From NCBI GenBank assembly GCA_964536215.1, contig CAZHWT010000002.1:20573-84572 (forward strand): a stretch of 64,000 nt of DNA. Reading direction: 5' to 3'. A model generated the notes under the pieces. It did not search any database. It saw only the letters and a program-made list of their open reading frames with translations, and was not told the origin of the DNA. A program made the position numbers and the translations under genes. Within the stretch, counting starts at the first letter, position 1, and each line of letters begins with the position of its first letter. Shown here in pieces: positions 1 through 10,089 of this stretch. The DNA comes from an uncultured Candidatus Saccharibacteria bacterium (lineage in GTDB: Bacteria > Patescibacteriota > CAZHWT01).

Positions 1-35
1 GTCTAGATTGCCTAGTAAACTATAACCATAGACTA

Positions 36-67
36 AAATAAATAGCCATTTAAATGGCTATTTATTT
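36..67. repeat. dispersed palindrome AAATAAATAGCCATTTAAATGGCTATTTATTT (perfect inverted repeat)
   Basis: Overlaps the stop of the 66-1460 gene. Member of the 6-copy family. Confidence 0.7.
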
Positions 68-1460
68 AAATCCCCAGCCTCGTCCGCAAGGCTGCTTGTT
101 CGCCGGCGGTTGGCCAAATATTAAAGGTGCACCCACCCAAATAGACCGACTGCTGCATCATAATCGGCGCCGGCTGCCCCGTGGCTGGGCAACCCACATG
201 GCCAAAACCCAACTGATGTCCCACTTCGTGATTCACCGCCATAATTCGGTAGTCTTCAATTGACATGCCAGTGGCATTAAAAGTGGCTGTGCCATTTAAC
301 CACCGGTCGTAGTTTATTAGCACATTAGGTTTAACCGTACAGCTCCACGTCGTATCGCACCCTCCACCAAAGCTGGTCATAAACGGCGCTGCTACCAGCC
401 AGACGGTAAAGTTGCAGCCTGCCGTGGCTTGGGTAAAGGTAACTCGACCACCCGCACTCCAGCCACGTGGGTCATTGAGCGCCTGGTTAACCTTGTCGCC
501 CAAGGCTGACAATAAGCTACTATCGACACCCTTAACCGCCACACAGTAGCGGAAGGTCCGGCCAATTGTGACGGCGGTCAATTCAATAGTAGCTGGCTGA
601 CCGCTTTGAATTGCCGATACGGTTTTGGCTGTTGCCGCAGCCACGTTACCAACCGAGATACCAAACTCCTTGCCGGTGCCAACAATGGTGGTGCTAACTT
701 CGGCTGAGTTTATTTGTGGCTGATTCTGCCTGACCGCAAACCAATCATGTTTTTCTTTGTCAGTAATAACTTTTGATTTATCCCTATACGTGTAGGTAAT
801 TGCTGTAGTCTGTTGCGATTGCGCCGTGGCTAAAGCTTCCTCTAGACTGTCAGCGGTTATCTTAGCTGGTAGTGTTTCGATGGGTAGGACGATGGTGGTC
901 TGACCTTTCTGTAACGCCGACTGCAAGGCTGCTTTAGCCGACGCCACATCCAGGTGCTGGCCAGCTTGGGCTGGTTTAAGCGTAAACTCTCCCTCACTAT
1001 GCTCCAGAGCCGCGTCAACGGGTTGTCGCTCCACCTTTTTAGCCATCTCAGTAAGAGCTGTATCTGGCTGGCCGGTAAGCTTCATCGCCAGAGGCGCCAC
1101 GTGTGGCTGCCACAGTTCCCATAGTGGTAGCCATGAAGAAAAGCTATTCAAATGGCGGGAGATTAGCTCCGAATCAAGCTGGACGGTCAATTGTTTGGGG
1201 GTAAATTCGCGATGCACATCCGCCGCCTGCAGCAAAATGCGTTTAGGCAGCAGCTTCACCTTGGCCTCGTTCCAATCCTGGTCAATTGCCGTTATATCTA
1301 CCGCTCGGTTGCCAACTTTAGTGTTGGGGTAGGTAAAAGCCGAAAAATACCACGCCAGCAGGAAATTGGTGCCAATGATAAAAATGAAAAGCAATCCAGT
1401 TATAGCGGCCGCCCATTGCCAGGTGGTCTTAGGCCAAAACTTCTTAATGGTTGTCAGCAT
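66..1460 (-). CDS. membrane-anchored protein with C-terminal metzincin-like zinc metallopeptidase motif (HEVGHQLGFGH); Ala/Gln-rich repetitive middle region
   Basis: 464-aa ORF with an ATG start. It has an N-terminal hydrophobic helix and a C-terminal HExxHxxGxxH consensus. Family assignment (DUF3152-like?) is from memory. Confidence 0.55.
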   Translation of the reverse strand: MLTTIKKFWPKTTWQWAAAITGLLFIFIIGTNFLLAWYFSAFTYPNTKVGNRAVDITAIDQDWNEAKVKLLPKRILLQAADVHREFTPKQLTVQLDSELISRHLNSFSSWLPLWELWQPHVAPLAMKLTGQPDTALTEMAKKVERQPVDAALEHSEGEFTLKPAQAGQHLDVASAKAALQSALQKGQTTIVLPIETLPAKITADSLEEALATAQSQQTTAITYTYRDKSKVITDKEKHDWFAVRQNQPQINSAEVSTTIVGTGKEFGISVGNVAAATAKTVSAIQSGQPATIELTAVTIGRTFRYCVAVKGVDSSLLSALGDKVNQALNDPRGWSAGGRVTFTQATAGCNFTVWLVAAPFMTSFGGGCDTTWSCTVKPNVLINYDRWLNGTATFNATGMSIEDYRIMAVNHEVGHQLGFGHVGCPATGQPAPIMMQQSVYLGGCTFNIWPTAGEQAALRTRLGI

Positions 1461-1625
1461 GCCTAAATAGTATAGCCTATCCTGAATAAAAAAGCAGGCA
1501 GCCTAAATGAAAGTCCCACTGCTCATCTATCCGCCAGGGGGAAGTCGAATATGGGACTGCAGGCAGGTGGTCCCTGTTGGCGCACTCTTTGCATTTTGCT
1601 ACCACATTGGTATCTTATATAGATA

Positions 1626-2303
1626 ATGTCAGATCGCCTGCACAGAATAGTCGCTATTTTTTACCACATGACCGAGCGCCAGATGGCTATATCTGTCGCC
1701 TTAATTGCCTTTACGCTACTAGCGACCACTATTGCACTGCGCGGACACGTTCCGTTTGACTCAGCTGTTTTAACCTGGCTCAATAGCTTTTCATCGAGCT
1801 GGTTGGACGGCCTAATGCTAGGGATTACTCGTTTTGGGTATCCCTATGGTTTCTTTGGCGTCCTGGCTATTGCTATTGTCATCCTATATTGGCAAAGCCG
1901 CTGGCGCGACCTGGCCTTTCTGGCTATTGCTGCGTTATTCTCGGCTCCGCTAAACAGCCTCATTAAACTGCTCTTCGACCGACCCCGTCCCGATTTATGG
2001 CTGTCCATCGCTCCCGAGACTGATTCCAGTTTTCCCAGTGGCCACACCATGCTAACCGCTTCGTTGTTTTTGGCTCTGACTGCCTTGGCCTGGCAGAGCC
2101 GTTGGCGCTGGCCGGTTTTGGCATGTAGTAGTCTGGTGATTGGTCTCGTCGCTCTGTCTCGACTCTACCTAGGCGTTCACTTTCCGTCCGATGTTGTAGC
2201 TGGAGCTGCTGCGGCTGTGGTCTGGGTAGGCTTTCTTTATACTATCTGGTACAACAAAAATAGAAAAATAAAATGTGAAACGAAAAATACGAAACAAACC
2301 TAA
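1626..2303 (+). CDS. PAP2 family phosphatase (undecaprenyl-diphosphatase-like membrane phosphatase)
   Basis: Three PAP2 motifs are present: KLLFDRPRP, PSGH and SRLYLGVHFPSDVVAG. Several TM segments. Confidence 0.8.
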   Translation: MSDRLHRIVAIFYHMTERQMAISVALIAFTLLATTIALRGHVPFDSAVLTWLNSFSSSWLDGLMLGITRFGYPYGFFGVLAIAIVILYWQSRWRDLAFLAIAALFSAPLNSLIKLLFDRPRPDLWLSIAPETDSSFPSGHTMLTASLFLALTALAWQSRWRWPVLACSSLVIGLVALSRLYLGVHFPSDVVAGAAAAVVWVGFLYTIWYNKNRKIKCETKNTKQT

Positions 2304-2412
2304 ACTAAGAAGCTAGAAAGCTTTCTTATTTTAATACTCAGATTTGTTTCGTTTTTCGAGTTTTATATTTCCCACTACTCTTCGCATCTGTATGCGCAGA
2401 CAGGAATTTTCT

Positions 2413-2715
2413 CTAAAGGTCGGCTTCAGCTTTGCTTATAGCTATTTGCGGTCGTAGTAGGAAGTAATTAGCCACCGCTGCCAAAGTCAGATAAATGCCC
2501 GCCTTGGCACAGGTTGCCAAAATACTATCTGAAGTCATGACTGATAATGCTACTCCTGTACCAATCTCCCAAACCGTCAGGCCGGTAATGCCAGCCGCTG
2601 CCCAGCGATGATACGTGTCCTTCTTGCTCATCATTAAGCCAGCCGCAGTCAATAATGCCCCGGCAAATACTACCGCTCCGGCCAAATGAAAACTTAATAC
2701 TGTTGATATATCCAT
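2413..2715 (-). CDS. small hydrophobic membrane protein (hypothetical)
   Basis: 100-aa ORF with an AAGGAG RBS 6-8 nt upstream of its ATG. Predicted TM helices. Confidence 0.5.
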   Translation of the reverse strand: MDISTVLSFHLAGAVVFAGALLTAAGLMMSKKDTYHRWAAAGITGLTVWEIGTGVALSVMTSDSILATCAKAGIYLTLAAVANYFLLRPQIAISKAEADL

Positions 2716-2779
2716 AAAAAACTCCTTCTTGTGTGGTATAGGTTAATTGGTTACTTACTTAGTTAGTTAGTTCGCTTAC

Positions 2780-2799
2780 TTCCGCCAGAGGTGGACAGG
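2780..2799. promoter_or_regulatory. copy of palindrome TTCCGCCAGAGGTGGACAGG
   Basis: Matches the pair upstream of the MmeI-like gene, including the flanking GTTAGTTA-like sequence. Confidence 0.45.
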
Positions 2800-2847
2800 C
2801 TATGCGTTGTTATTCGCATAACTACAAACGATAAACTATTCGCAATC

Positions 2848-3228
2848 TTATCTAAATATATTCTCCTCTTTCATGAGGTAATTGTTCATCTCTGATGGCA
2901 TCATCAGGTAATTAAGGTGATACATTATCCAGAGCGATCCCAATACAACCATAGCAATAATACCAGCTGTAATGAACAGAAACTGCAAGTTCCAGCGCGG
3001 TTTAGCCTCTTGACCTAAATGGAGGAAAAAGTAAAACTGGATCACCATTTGCACCAGGGCTAGGCCCACTATTCCAAAAACTAACACCTCTCCCTTAGCC
3101 CAACCCTGCTGGACGGCCAGATAGGCCATGAGGGTCAAGATAATTGATAAGCCAAATCCGGTTACATAGGACCAGATTGTGGCCGGTTTAAGCTCAGCCT
3201 GGATAGCCTGATTACTGCCTTCAGTCAT
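2848..3228 (-). CDS. cyoD: cytochrome bo3 quinol oxidase subunit IV
   Basis: Small 3-TM protein immediately downstream of the subunit III gene (TAAATG junction). Operon position. Confidence 0.8.
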   Translation of the reverse strand: MTEGSNQAIQAELKPATIWSYVTGFGLSIILTLMAYLAVQQGWAKGEVLVFGIVGLALVQMVIQFYFFLHLGQEAKPRWNLQFLFITAGIIAMVVLGSLWIMYHLNYLMMPSEMNNYLMKEENIFR

Positions 3229-3822
3229 TTAGATTGCCCCCATTAAATACACAATGGTAAAAATAAAAATCCAAACCACGTCTAAAAAGTGCCAAAATAC
3301 GCTCAAGAGCGTTAATTTGCGCATAGCGCTATTGGTTAAGCCTTTGGCGCAGACATAGCCAAATAAAATCCCCAACCATAATAACCCAACCGCGATATGG
3401 ATACCATGGGTGCCAACTAGGCTAAAAAATGAAGTCAAAAAAGCGCTGCGTTGAGCCGTAAACCCTTCGCTAATAAGATGTCCAAACTCCGATAATTCCA
3501 TACCCAGAAAGGCTGCCCCTAGCACAAACGTGGCCCCCATCCACACCAAAGTCTGAGCTTTATGATTTCGGCGCATAGCCAGAACCGCCAGTCCACTAGT
3601 AAAACTACTGGTTAACAAAATTATTGTCTCTATCAACACAAACTGTAAGTCAAAAATATCCTTACCAACTGGCCCATCCCAAACCCCATCACGCAATACC
3701 ATAAAACAAGCAAATAAGACGCTAAAGATAATTAAGTCGGTCATTAAATACAGCCAAAAGCCAAAATAGACCTTGTCTGTCAATCCGCCGGCATGCTCAG
3801 TTGTAGAAGTGTGTTGAGACAT
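3229..3822 (-). CDS. cyoC: cytochrome bo3 quinol oxidase subunit III
   Basis: 197-aa polytopic protein with a heme-copper oxidase subunit III-like sequence (e.g. HFLDVVWIFIFTIVY). Operon context. Confidence 0.85.
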   Translation of the reverse strand: MSQHTSTTEHAGGLTDKVYFGFWLYLMTDLIIFSVLFACFMVLRDGVWDGPVGKDIFDLQFVLIETIILLTSSFTSGLAVLAMRRNHKAQTLVWMGATFVLGAAFLGMELSEFGHLISEGFTAQRSAFLTSFFSLVGTHGIHIAVGLLWLGILFGYVCAKGLTNSAMRKLTLLSVFWHFLDVVWIFIFTIVYLMGAI

Positions 3823-3934
3823 AAGTTAGTTTATGGTTTTTAGTTTTATGGTTCGTAGTAATTAGAATAGTTGCATATTCGCAGCATTCGGATTGCCATT
3901 CGTAATTCGGATGCTCCCTATTTGTATATTCGCA

Positions 3935-5920
3935 TCACACATGTATATAAGCTGACTCGCGCGGGTTTTTCTCCATTTTCTCCAATTCCTTGGCTGTAAT
4001 TGTATACTCGGTTTCATCATCAAAAGCTCGAACGATAAAGCTAACCAAGGCAATTAATCCGCCTAGCACAGCCAGCCACCACATATGCCAGACCATAGCA
4101 AAGCCCAAGATAAAGATGCCACCAGAGATGTAAATACCCGCGCCCGTATTCTTCGGCATATGGATATCTTGGTACTGTGGCGTTGCCTTTTTACCCAACT
4201 TCTTCATAGCCCAGAATGGGTCTCTATCTGTGACTTCTGGCAGCACCGCAAAGTTGTATGCCGGCGGTGGTGAAGCTGTGGCCCATTCTAAAGATTTACC
4301 ATTCCACGGGTCGCCCGTCACATCAATATTCTGCTTGCGCTGCCTAAAGCTGACATAGATTTGCATCACTTGAACCGCCACCGCCGCGCAAATTACCAAG
4401 CTGCCAATTCCAGCCACAATAAAGAGCGGCTGCCAGCCTAGCGACGGATCGTAGTGATCCAGGCGGCGCGTAGCGCCCATAATGCCCAGGATATACAGCG
4501 GTACAAATGAAAGATAGAATCCGGCCAACCATAGCCAGAAGGCATATTTACCTAGCCGCTCATTCAATTTGAAACCCATAACCTTGGGGAACCAGTAAGT
4601 AATACCGGCAAAGATGCCAAAGAGTGCGCCGCCAACCACCATAGTGTGAAAGTGGGCCACCAGGAATAAACTGTTATGGACCTGGAAGTCAATCCCTGGT
4701 ACTCCCAACATGACGCCTGTCACGCCGCCAAATGAGAAGGTAGCTAAGAAACCAAAGAACCAGTACATTGGTGAGGCAAACACAATTCGACCTTTATACA
4801 GCGTCATGAGCCAATTAAAGATCAGCGTGGCGGTCGGAATGGCAATCAGTATGGTCATAATACTAAAGAAGGTATTGACATTGGCTCCCGACCCCATGGT
4901 GAAGAAGTGATGCAGCCAGACCAGCATAGATAAGAACATTACCCCGAAGGCGCTGGCTATTGATAAAGCATAGCCAAACAGACGCTTTTGCGAGAATGTC
5001 GACACGATTTCAGAGTAAATACCAAACACTGGCAAGATCAACACGTAAATCTCCGGGTGTCCCCAAGTCCAGATCAAGTTGACATACATCATTGGGTTGC
5101 CGCCGCCCTCAGCGGTGAAAAAGTGGAAGCCAAACATTCGATCCAAAGATAGGGCCGCAATGGTGGCGCTCAGGATGGGGAAAATGGCCAGCACAATCAA
5201 CATGCTAAACAAGCTAGTCCAGACAAAAATTGGCATTCGCCACAGCGTCATGCCTGGAGCTCGCATTTTGAGAATCGTCATAATAAAGTTAATACCACCC
5301 AGCGTCGTCCCAAGTCCGGACACCTGCAGGCTCCAGATCCAGTAGTCTACCCCCACCCCCGGGCTAAACTTAATCCCGGACAGTGGTGACACTGCCAGCC
5401 AGCCAGCCGCTGAAAACTCTCCCCCGATCACAAAGAACATATTGATCAAAACGGCTCCGGCGACGTACAGCCAGAATCCCAGCGTATTAAGCAAAGGTGA
5501 GGCCACATCACGTGCGCCAATTTGCAGCGGAATAATAATATTCAGCAAGCCAAACAGAAACCCCATGGTCACAAAGAAGACCATAATATTACCGTGAGCC
5601 GTAAATATCTGTTGGAAGTGATCAGCGCTCAAGTAGCCCTGACTCCCAGAAGCCAGTGCCTGTTGTCCCCAGATCATGACCGCGTCCATACCGCCCCGAA
5701 CGAACATCAAAAAAGCCACAATGATGTACATAATGCCGATCTTCTTAGGATCGGTTGAGGTTAACCAATTCTTCCACAGCCACGTCCACTTTTTGGTCAG
5801 GGTTAAGTAGGCTGCTGCTGTCAGCATCATGCCAGTCACGGCGACGGCACCGCCAATGGTAAACCACTCATGCGGTAGCGCTGCCCAAGTTAATCGTCCA
5901 AAAATAAGTTGCCAATCCAT
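3935..5920 (-). CDS. cyoB: cytochrome bo3 quinol oxidase subunit I (heme-copper oxidase catalytic subunit)
   Basis: 661 aa. Hallmark heme-copper oxidase subunit I segments are present (WGHPEIYVLILP, HHFFTMG, histidine ligands). Confidence 0.95.
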   Translation of the reverse strand: MDWQLIFGRLTWAALPHEWFTIGGAVAVTGMMLTAAAYLTLTKKWTWLWKNWLTSTDPKKIGIMYIIVAFLMFVRGGMDAVMIWGQQALASGSQGYLSADHFQQIFTAHGNIMVFFVTMGFLFGLLNIIIPLQIGARDVASPLLNTLGFWLYVAGAVLINMFFVIGGEFSAAGWLAVSPLSGIKFSPGVGVDYWIWSLQVSGLGTTLGGINFIMTILKMRAPGMTLWRMPIFVWTSLFSMLIVLAIFPILSATIAALSLDRMFGFHFFTAEGGGNPMMYVNLIWTWGHPEIYVLILPVFGIYSEIVSTFSQKRLFGYALSIASAFGVMFLSMLVWLHHFFTMGSGANVNTFFSIMTILIAIPTATLIFNWLMTLYKGRIVFASPMYWFFGFLATFSFGGVTGVMLGVPGIDFQVHNSLFLVAHFHTMVVGGALFGIFAGITYWFPKVMGFKLNERLGKYAFWLWLAGFYLSFVPLYILGIMGATRRLDHYDPSLGWQPLFIVAGIGSLVICAAVAVQVMQIYVSFRQRKQNIDVTGDPWNGKSLEWATASPPPAYNFAVLPEVTDRDPFWAMKKLGKKATPQYQDIHMPKNTGAGIYISGGIFILGFAMVWHMWWLAVLGGLIALVSFIVRAFDDETEYTITAKELEKMEKNPRESAYIHV

Positions 5921-6045
5921 AATATAGTCAATTCGTTAATTCAACACTTCGCTATTCAAAACATTCGCACATTCGCACCATTCGAGTGCAATATGCGTAT
6001 CATTCGTATCCAAAATTAGCATATACGCCTCTAATACCATTACTA

Positions 6046-6981
6046 CTAATGCTCCATCATCTCCATGTGATCCATGCTCATAGGTGTTGGCGACGCCATT
6101 GCGTCAGTGGGGTGCCCCATACCACCTTCAGGCATAAACTTCATAATAATAGTATCATACAAGCCTGCCTGATACCCATAGTAGCTCTTTGGGTCCACCT
6201 TGTCGCTAGGCTTAGCCAGCCGCGTATAATTATCCAAACTCAAAAAGTCTGCCCCGGTCTTAGTTGTTGCCACCCACGTCTTAAAGTCAGCTTCAGACAC
6301 CGATTTAGCCTTAAATCTCATGCTGGCAAACCCCTCGCCGCTAATTTCAGCCGTTGCTCCTTCATAAATACCCGGCTTGTCAGCCATCAAATGAAGCTTA
6401 GTCACCATTCCCTCCATGGCGTATACCTGACCAGCTAGCTGAGGAATCCAGAATGAATTCATCGGTGCATCAGCCGTTAGCTCAAACGTAATAGGGGTAT
6501 TGGCTGGAAAAACTACTTCATTAACCGTGGCCACCTGCTGGTCCGGATACAAGAATAACCACTTCCATTGCAAAGCCACTACTTGAATAACTACTGGCGT
6601 TTTACCGCCATCCAGTGGCCGATACGGATCTAGTTGGTGTGTTGTCTTCCAAGAGGCTACTCCTAATACGCCTATAATCGCCACCGTTACGGCAAACCAG
6701 GCCAAGGATACTTTTTTGTTATAGAGCACTTCTGGGGCATAGTCGGCCTTTGGGTTGTCGGCCCGATATTTAATGGCCACATAAATAGCAAAAGTGAATA
6801 TTGGCACCAAGCCAAATAAGCTCAGCAAGACGGCAAATAAGAACAGACCATGCATCTGATTAGCAATCAAGCCAGCCGGCTGGAATAAAGCCACCGTCTT
6901 GCCTGGAAAATACCACACACCAGCTGCCACCAGCAGTATGACTAACAACAGTAAAAGTGGGATGAGTAATTTCTTAGACAT
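6046..6981 (-). CDS. cyoA: cytochrome bo3 quinol oxidase subunit II (lacks CuA site)
   Basis: Strong similarity to E. coli CyoA (NSFWIPQLAGQVYAMEGMVTKLHLMADKPGIYEG). No Cu-binding Cys pair. The start was chosen at the internal ATG that gives MSKKLLIPLLL; the ORF could instead extend to 7038. Confidence 0.85.
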   Translation of the reverse strand: MSKKLLIPLLLLLVILLVAAGVWYFPGKTVALFQPAGLIANQMHGLFLFAVLLSLFGLVPIFTFAIYVAIKYRADNPKADYAPEVLYNKKVSLAWFAVTVAIIGVLGVASWKTTHQLDPYRPLDGGKTPVVIQVVALQWKWLFLYPDQQVATVNEVVFPANTPITFELTADAPMNSFWIPQLAGQVYAMEGMVTKLHLMADKPGIYEGATAEISGEGFASMRFKAKSVSEADFKTWVATTKTGADFLSLDNYTRLAKPSDKVDPKSYYGYQAGLYDTIIMKFMPEGGMGHPTDAMASPTPMSMDHMEMMEH

Positions 6982-7132
6982 ACAAAAATCAGGCAATCGT
7001 CTATTACCAATATAGCACCGAGCTGACGACCATGGCAAGGTAGTCGAATTAAAATTGATTGTGTTCGTAATATGTAGGTGAATGGGGTAAAACTCTCATT
7101 CAAATTCTACCTAACATCCTGTATACTGTTTT

Positions 7133-7167
7133 CGTTAATCGTTAATCGTTAATCGTTAATCGTTAAT
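7133..7167. repeat. tandem heptamer (CGTTAAT)x5 in the cyoA/cyoE divergent promoter region
   Basis: Five perfect direct repeats are visible, 20 nt upstream of the cyoE start. Confidence 0.9.
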
Positions 7168-7187
7168 CGTACGTTGCTAATCGCAAA

Positions 7188-8051
7188 ATGTCTTTCCTTA
7201 AACCATACTTCACTCTCACTAAGCCCGGCGTTATGTTTGGTAACGCTATCACGGTGGCCGCTGGATACTTATTAGCTGCGCGCGGCCAGATAGATTGGTG
7301 GCTGCTGGTAGCCGTTTTTGTTGGGAGTACGCTGGTTATCGCTTCTGCTTGTGTTACTAATAACATCCTCGACCGAGACATTGACGCCAAAATGGAGCGT
7401 ACGAAAAAGCGCCCCTCCGTCTCCGGTCAAGTATCGGTTAATCACTCCATCATCCTGGCTCTCATTTTGGGCTTGGCCGGCCTGGCCATCCTGCTTGCCT
7501 TTACTAATATCCTTGTGGTTGGGTTGGGCCTCATTGGCTTTATTGATTACGTTTGGTTCTATGGTGCCTGGTCTAAGCGTAAATCTGTCCACGGCACTTT
7601 AGTCGGCAGTATTTCTGGTGCCATCCCAGTCTTGGCTGGATACGTAGCCGTCACTAATCAAATCGATCTGGGAGCAGTGCTGGCTTTTCTGGCCGTGTTT
7701 CTTTGGCAACAACCAGAGTTCTATTCCATTGCCCTCTATCGTCGCAATGAATATGCCGCTGCCGGAGTCCCCGTAATTTCTGTCGTCAAAGGCGCAGTCT
7801 CAACTAAAAAACAAATTTTAGTCTACTTGGCGGCCTTTGCCCTGGTCTGCATCGCTTTAACTAATTTTGGATATACCGGCTACACTTTTTTAGCTGTCAT
7901 GTCGGCACACAATTTGTATTGGTTATGGTTGGGAATGAGTAATTTTACCACCCTGTCCGACGATAAATGGGGTCGTACTATGTTCCGCCAGGCCATGATC
8001 TCTATCTTACTCCTGTCAATTATGATGTCAGTCGGCTCCATCTTGCCGTAG
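7188..8051 (+). CDS. cyoE: protoheme IX farnesyltransferase (heme O synthase), UbiA family
   Basis: 287-aa polytopic UbiA-type protein adjacent to and divergent from cyoABCD. Confidence 0.9.
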   Translation: MSFLKPYFTLTKPGVMFGNAITVAAGYLLAARGQIDWWLLVAVFVGSTLVIASACVTNNILDRDIDAKMERTKKRPSVSGQVSVNHSIILALILGLAGLAILLAFTNILVVGLGLIGFIDYVWFYGAWSKRKSVHGTLVGSISGAIPVLAGYVAVTNQIDLGAVLAFLAVFLWQQPEFYSIALYRRNEYAAAGVPVISVVKGAVSTKKQILVYLAAFALVCIALTNFGYTGYTFLAVMSAHNLYWLWLGMSNFTTLSDDKWGRTMFRQAMISILLLSIMMSVGSILP

Positions 8052-8098
8052 ATCTACTACAAAAAGTAGGCGGTCACCCATGGGTGGTGACCGCCAGT

Positions 8099-8389
8099 CT
8101 AACAAGTTGTCATCGTCGGACGAATCAGCTGTTGCAAACAGTCAATTGGAGTCGATGGATTTTCTTCGAGATAGCTGCGGGCGACGGCCAGCATATCCCG
8201 CCATAGCCAATAATCGGGGTCCGACCCCAGACTACCAACTAAAACGAAGTACCTCTCCATTAATTCCGCCTGCAGACTGCTGTTCCCCTCCTCACTTGAA
8301 GCTTGCCGACGCCACATCTGCATGGTCCGGCAAGCATCCCAAAAAATTTGCTCAACCGACAGTCCTGATACACTAGCTTCGGCTGACAT
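8099..8389 (-). CDS. hypothetical protein
   Basis: ORF with a GGGAG RBS before an internal ATG. The longer form extends to 8455. Confidence 0.4.
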   Translation of the reverse strand: MSAEASVSGLSVEQIFWDACRTMQMWRRQASSEEGNSSLQAELMERYFVLVGSLGSDPDYWLWRDMLAVARSYLEENPSTPIDCLQQLIRPTMTTC

Positions 8390-8737
8390 ATAGTGCTCCC
8401 AGCCTTCAGACAAATAAGATGCTTGGATAGTAAATCGCCTCAAACCCCATGTCAATAGTCAAAATATCAGCCAACCATCATAGCAGTACCAAGTACAGTC
8501 TTCAAACTATTGGCCTTTCTAGAGGCCTTGTAGACCGCTACAGGCCTACTTTTAGTGGGTTCGGTTACCGTTCAAGCGCAGTCCAGAACCCTCACGCTAA
8601 ACTTCCGACTACTCTCGAAACCTAGTCCCTAGCACCTAAAACCTAACCCTTCCCCCCGTTCGAGCGCAATCGGGAACTCTCTCCCGATTACCTTTGTCTA
8701 ATCGATAAAGCGAAGCATAGCATAAGGTGAATGACAT

Positions 8738-8767
8738 AAAAAAAATGAGGCGCCGAAAATCCGGCGC
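8738..8767 (-). terminator. rho-independent terminator downstream of the 8790-9362 gene
   Basis: GC hairpin GGCGCCGAAAATCCGGCGC followed by a T-run on the minus strand. Confidence 0.6.
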
Positions 8768-8789
8768 ATTTCCAATCTCCTTATTCCTC

Positions 8790-9362
8790 CTATAGCGACT
8801 CTTGCAAGCGAAGCCTCCGCTGTAGACCGTTGATGCAGCGCTCCAGCTTCATCCGGAGTTCATCGGCTTGGACCACAATCGTGTCGATCTGGCTCTGATG
8901 CAACTCAGCAGCATAGCTGAAATGCTGAATCTCTCGCTGCACCATTGTCGCGGCTAGCTGATCGTTGTTCCGCAGCGTTGCAAGCCATGTCTCAAGGTCA
9001 TAATCGTTGTTAGAGCTGTTATGCCAAGCCAGGCGGTTCATCTCTCGCCGGCTAAATCGGTGTAAGACCGGAAAGACGCCCTTGGCTGCGAATGTGTTGA
9101 GCAACTCCTGCAAAGGGTTTAGGCGGAGCGCATAGATCTTTTGGACCTGCTGCGCAGGCTCAAACAACTCCGCAAAGCTATGATAGTTGAAGGCTAATTG
9201 GAATTGTTTTCCAATTGACCGAGCCTCTGCGAGCACCTTGTTTAATGACCTAACCGGAGGATCAGCTATTGCCTCTCTGCAGATAGCAGATATCTCTTCT
9301 TGCCAAGCGGTTAGCGGCTTCTCCCAGCACTGCCCATCGGTCACATCAAAGCTATCCGACAT
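8790..9362 (-). CDS. hypothetical protein
   Basis: 190-aa ORF followed by a terminator. Confidence 0.5.
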   Translation of the reverse strand: MSDSFDVTDGQCWEKPLTAWQEEISAICREAIADPPVRSLNKVLAEARSIGKQFQLAFNYHSFAELFEPAQQVQKIYALRLNPLQELLNTFAAKGVFPVLHRFSRREMNRLAWHNSSNNDYDLETWLATLRNNDQLAATMVQREIQHFSYAAELHQSQIDTIVVQADELRMKLERCINGLQRRLRLQESL

Positions 9363-9449
9363 TTCTTCACCTCACGCTGCGCTATTCGATCAAGGTTGGA
9401 CCCGTAGTCTATCAAAAAAGACACCTAATCGCCACCGTACTGCAGGGGT

Positions 9450-10052
9450 TTATTTATACATAAAAATGGTAAAATCGCGCGGCACTACGTCTGTTACTAC
9501 TTCAACTCTCGTGGCTATGGCGCTACAATAATCGGCGATTTCCTTTGGGTCGTAGGCTGCGTACGTATCATCGTCTATATGCGAATGCTTATCCAGCATG
9601 TTAAAGGCTACGGCCTTGGTGGCTGACTGGTACATATGGGAAATAGCCTGCTGATAAAATGACAAATTATCCGCCACTTTAAAACTGAGAGCGCCAGAAG
9701 CAAGCACGTAATCATACTTCTCGGTCACTTCAAAAATATCCTGTTCAATAAAGTCAGCTTGAGGGTATTTTTGTGCGGCAATACGCACAAATTCAGGCAC
9801 AATATCAATTCCAGTATAATCCACCTCAATCTGCCGCTGCAAAAAATATTTATACAAGTCGCCTAGCCCACAACCAACATCTAGTACAGAGGCACCTTGT
9901 AGGTCAGCCACAAAAGACAGCACTTTAAATCTCTCCTGCTGTACATGCCGGCCCGACCAGCGCACGCTTTTAGCGTCGCTATCGCCATATTTAGCCAGAC
10001 CTTCCCTGTAAAAATTCAATATACGATCTTGATCTTTAGAACTCAGTTTCAT
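9450..10052 (-). CDS. class I SAM-dependent methyltransferase
   Basis: Motif I is VLDVGCGLGDL. The start was set at the ATG preceded by a GGAGGG RBS; the track ORF extends to 10157. Confidence 0.75.
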   Translation of the reverse strand: MKLSSKDQDRILNFYREGLAKYGDSDAKSVRWSGRHVQQERFKVLSFVADLQGASVLDVGCGLGDLYKYFLQRQIEVDYTGIDIVPEFVRIAAQKYPQADFIEQDIFEVTEKYDYVLASGALSFKVADNLSFYQQAISHMYQSATKAVAFNMLDKHSHIDDDTYAAYDPKEIADYCSAIATRVEVVTDVVPRDFTIFMYK

Positions 10053-10089
10053 AAAAATAGGCCCTCCGCGCTGAGTCGGAGGGCAATTA

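Noticed and set aside
54-263. 69-aa plus-strand ORF at the window start
   Set aside because: It overlaps the 3' end of the 66-1460 minus-strand gene and the palindromic element. There is no RBS.
1191-5758. Multiple 60-90-aa ORFs antisense to or overlapping the metallopeptidase, PAP2 and cyo genes (e.g. 1191-1466, 1844-2050, 4085-4273, 4710-4910, 5079-5345, 5522-5758)
   Set aside because: They sit inside well-supported conserved genes on the opposite strand or in an alternate frame. They lack RBSs and have low-complexity translations.
8456-8789. 330-bp gene-free region considered as a possible structured ncRNA (tmRNA, SRP RNA or RNase P)
   Set aside because: It lacks tmRNA tag-reading-frame and tRNA-like end signatures, and no SRP or RNase P conserved motifs were seen. 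It is explained by a terminator (8738-8767) plus the promoter region of the next gene.
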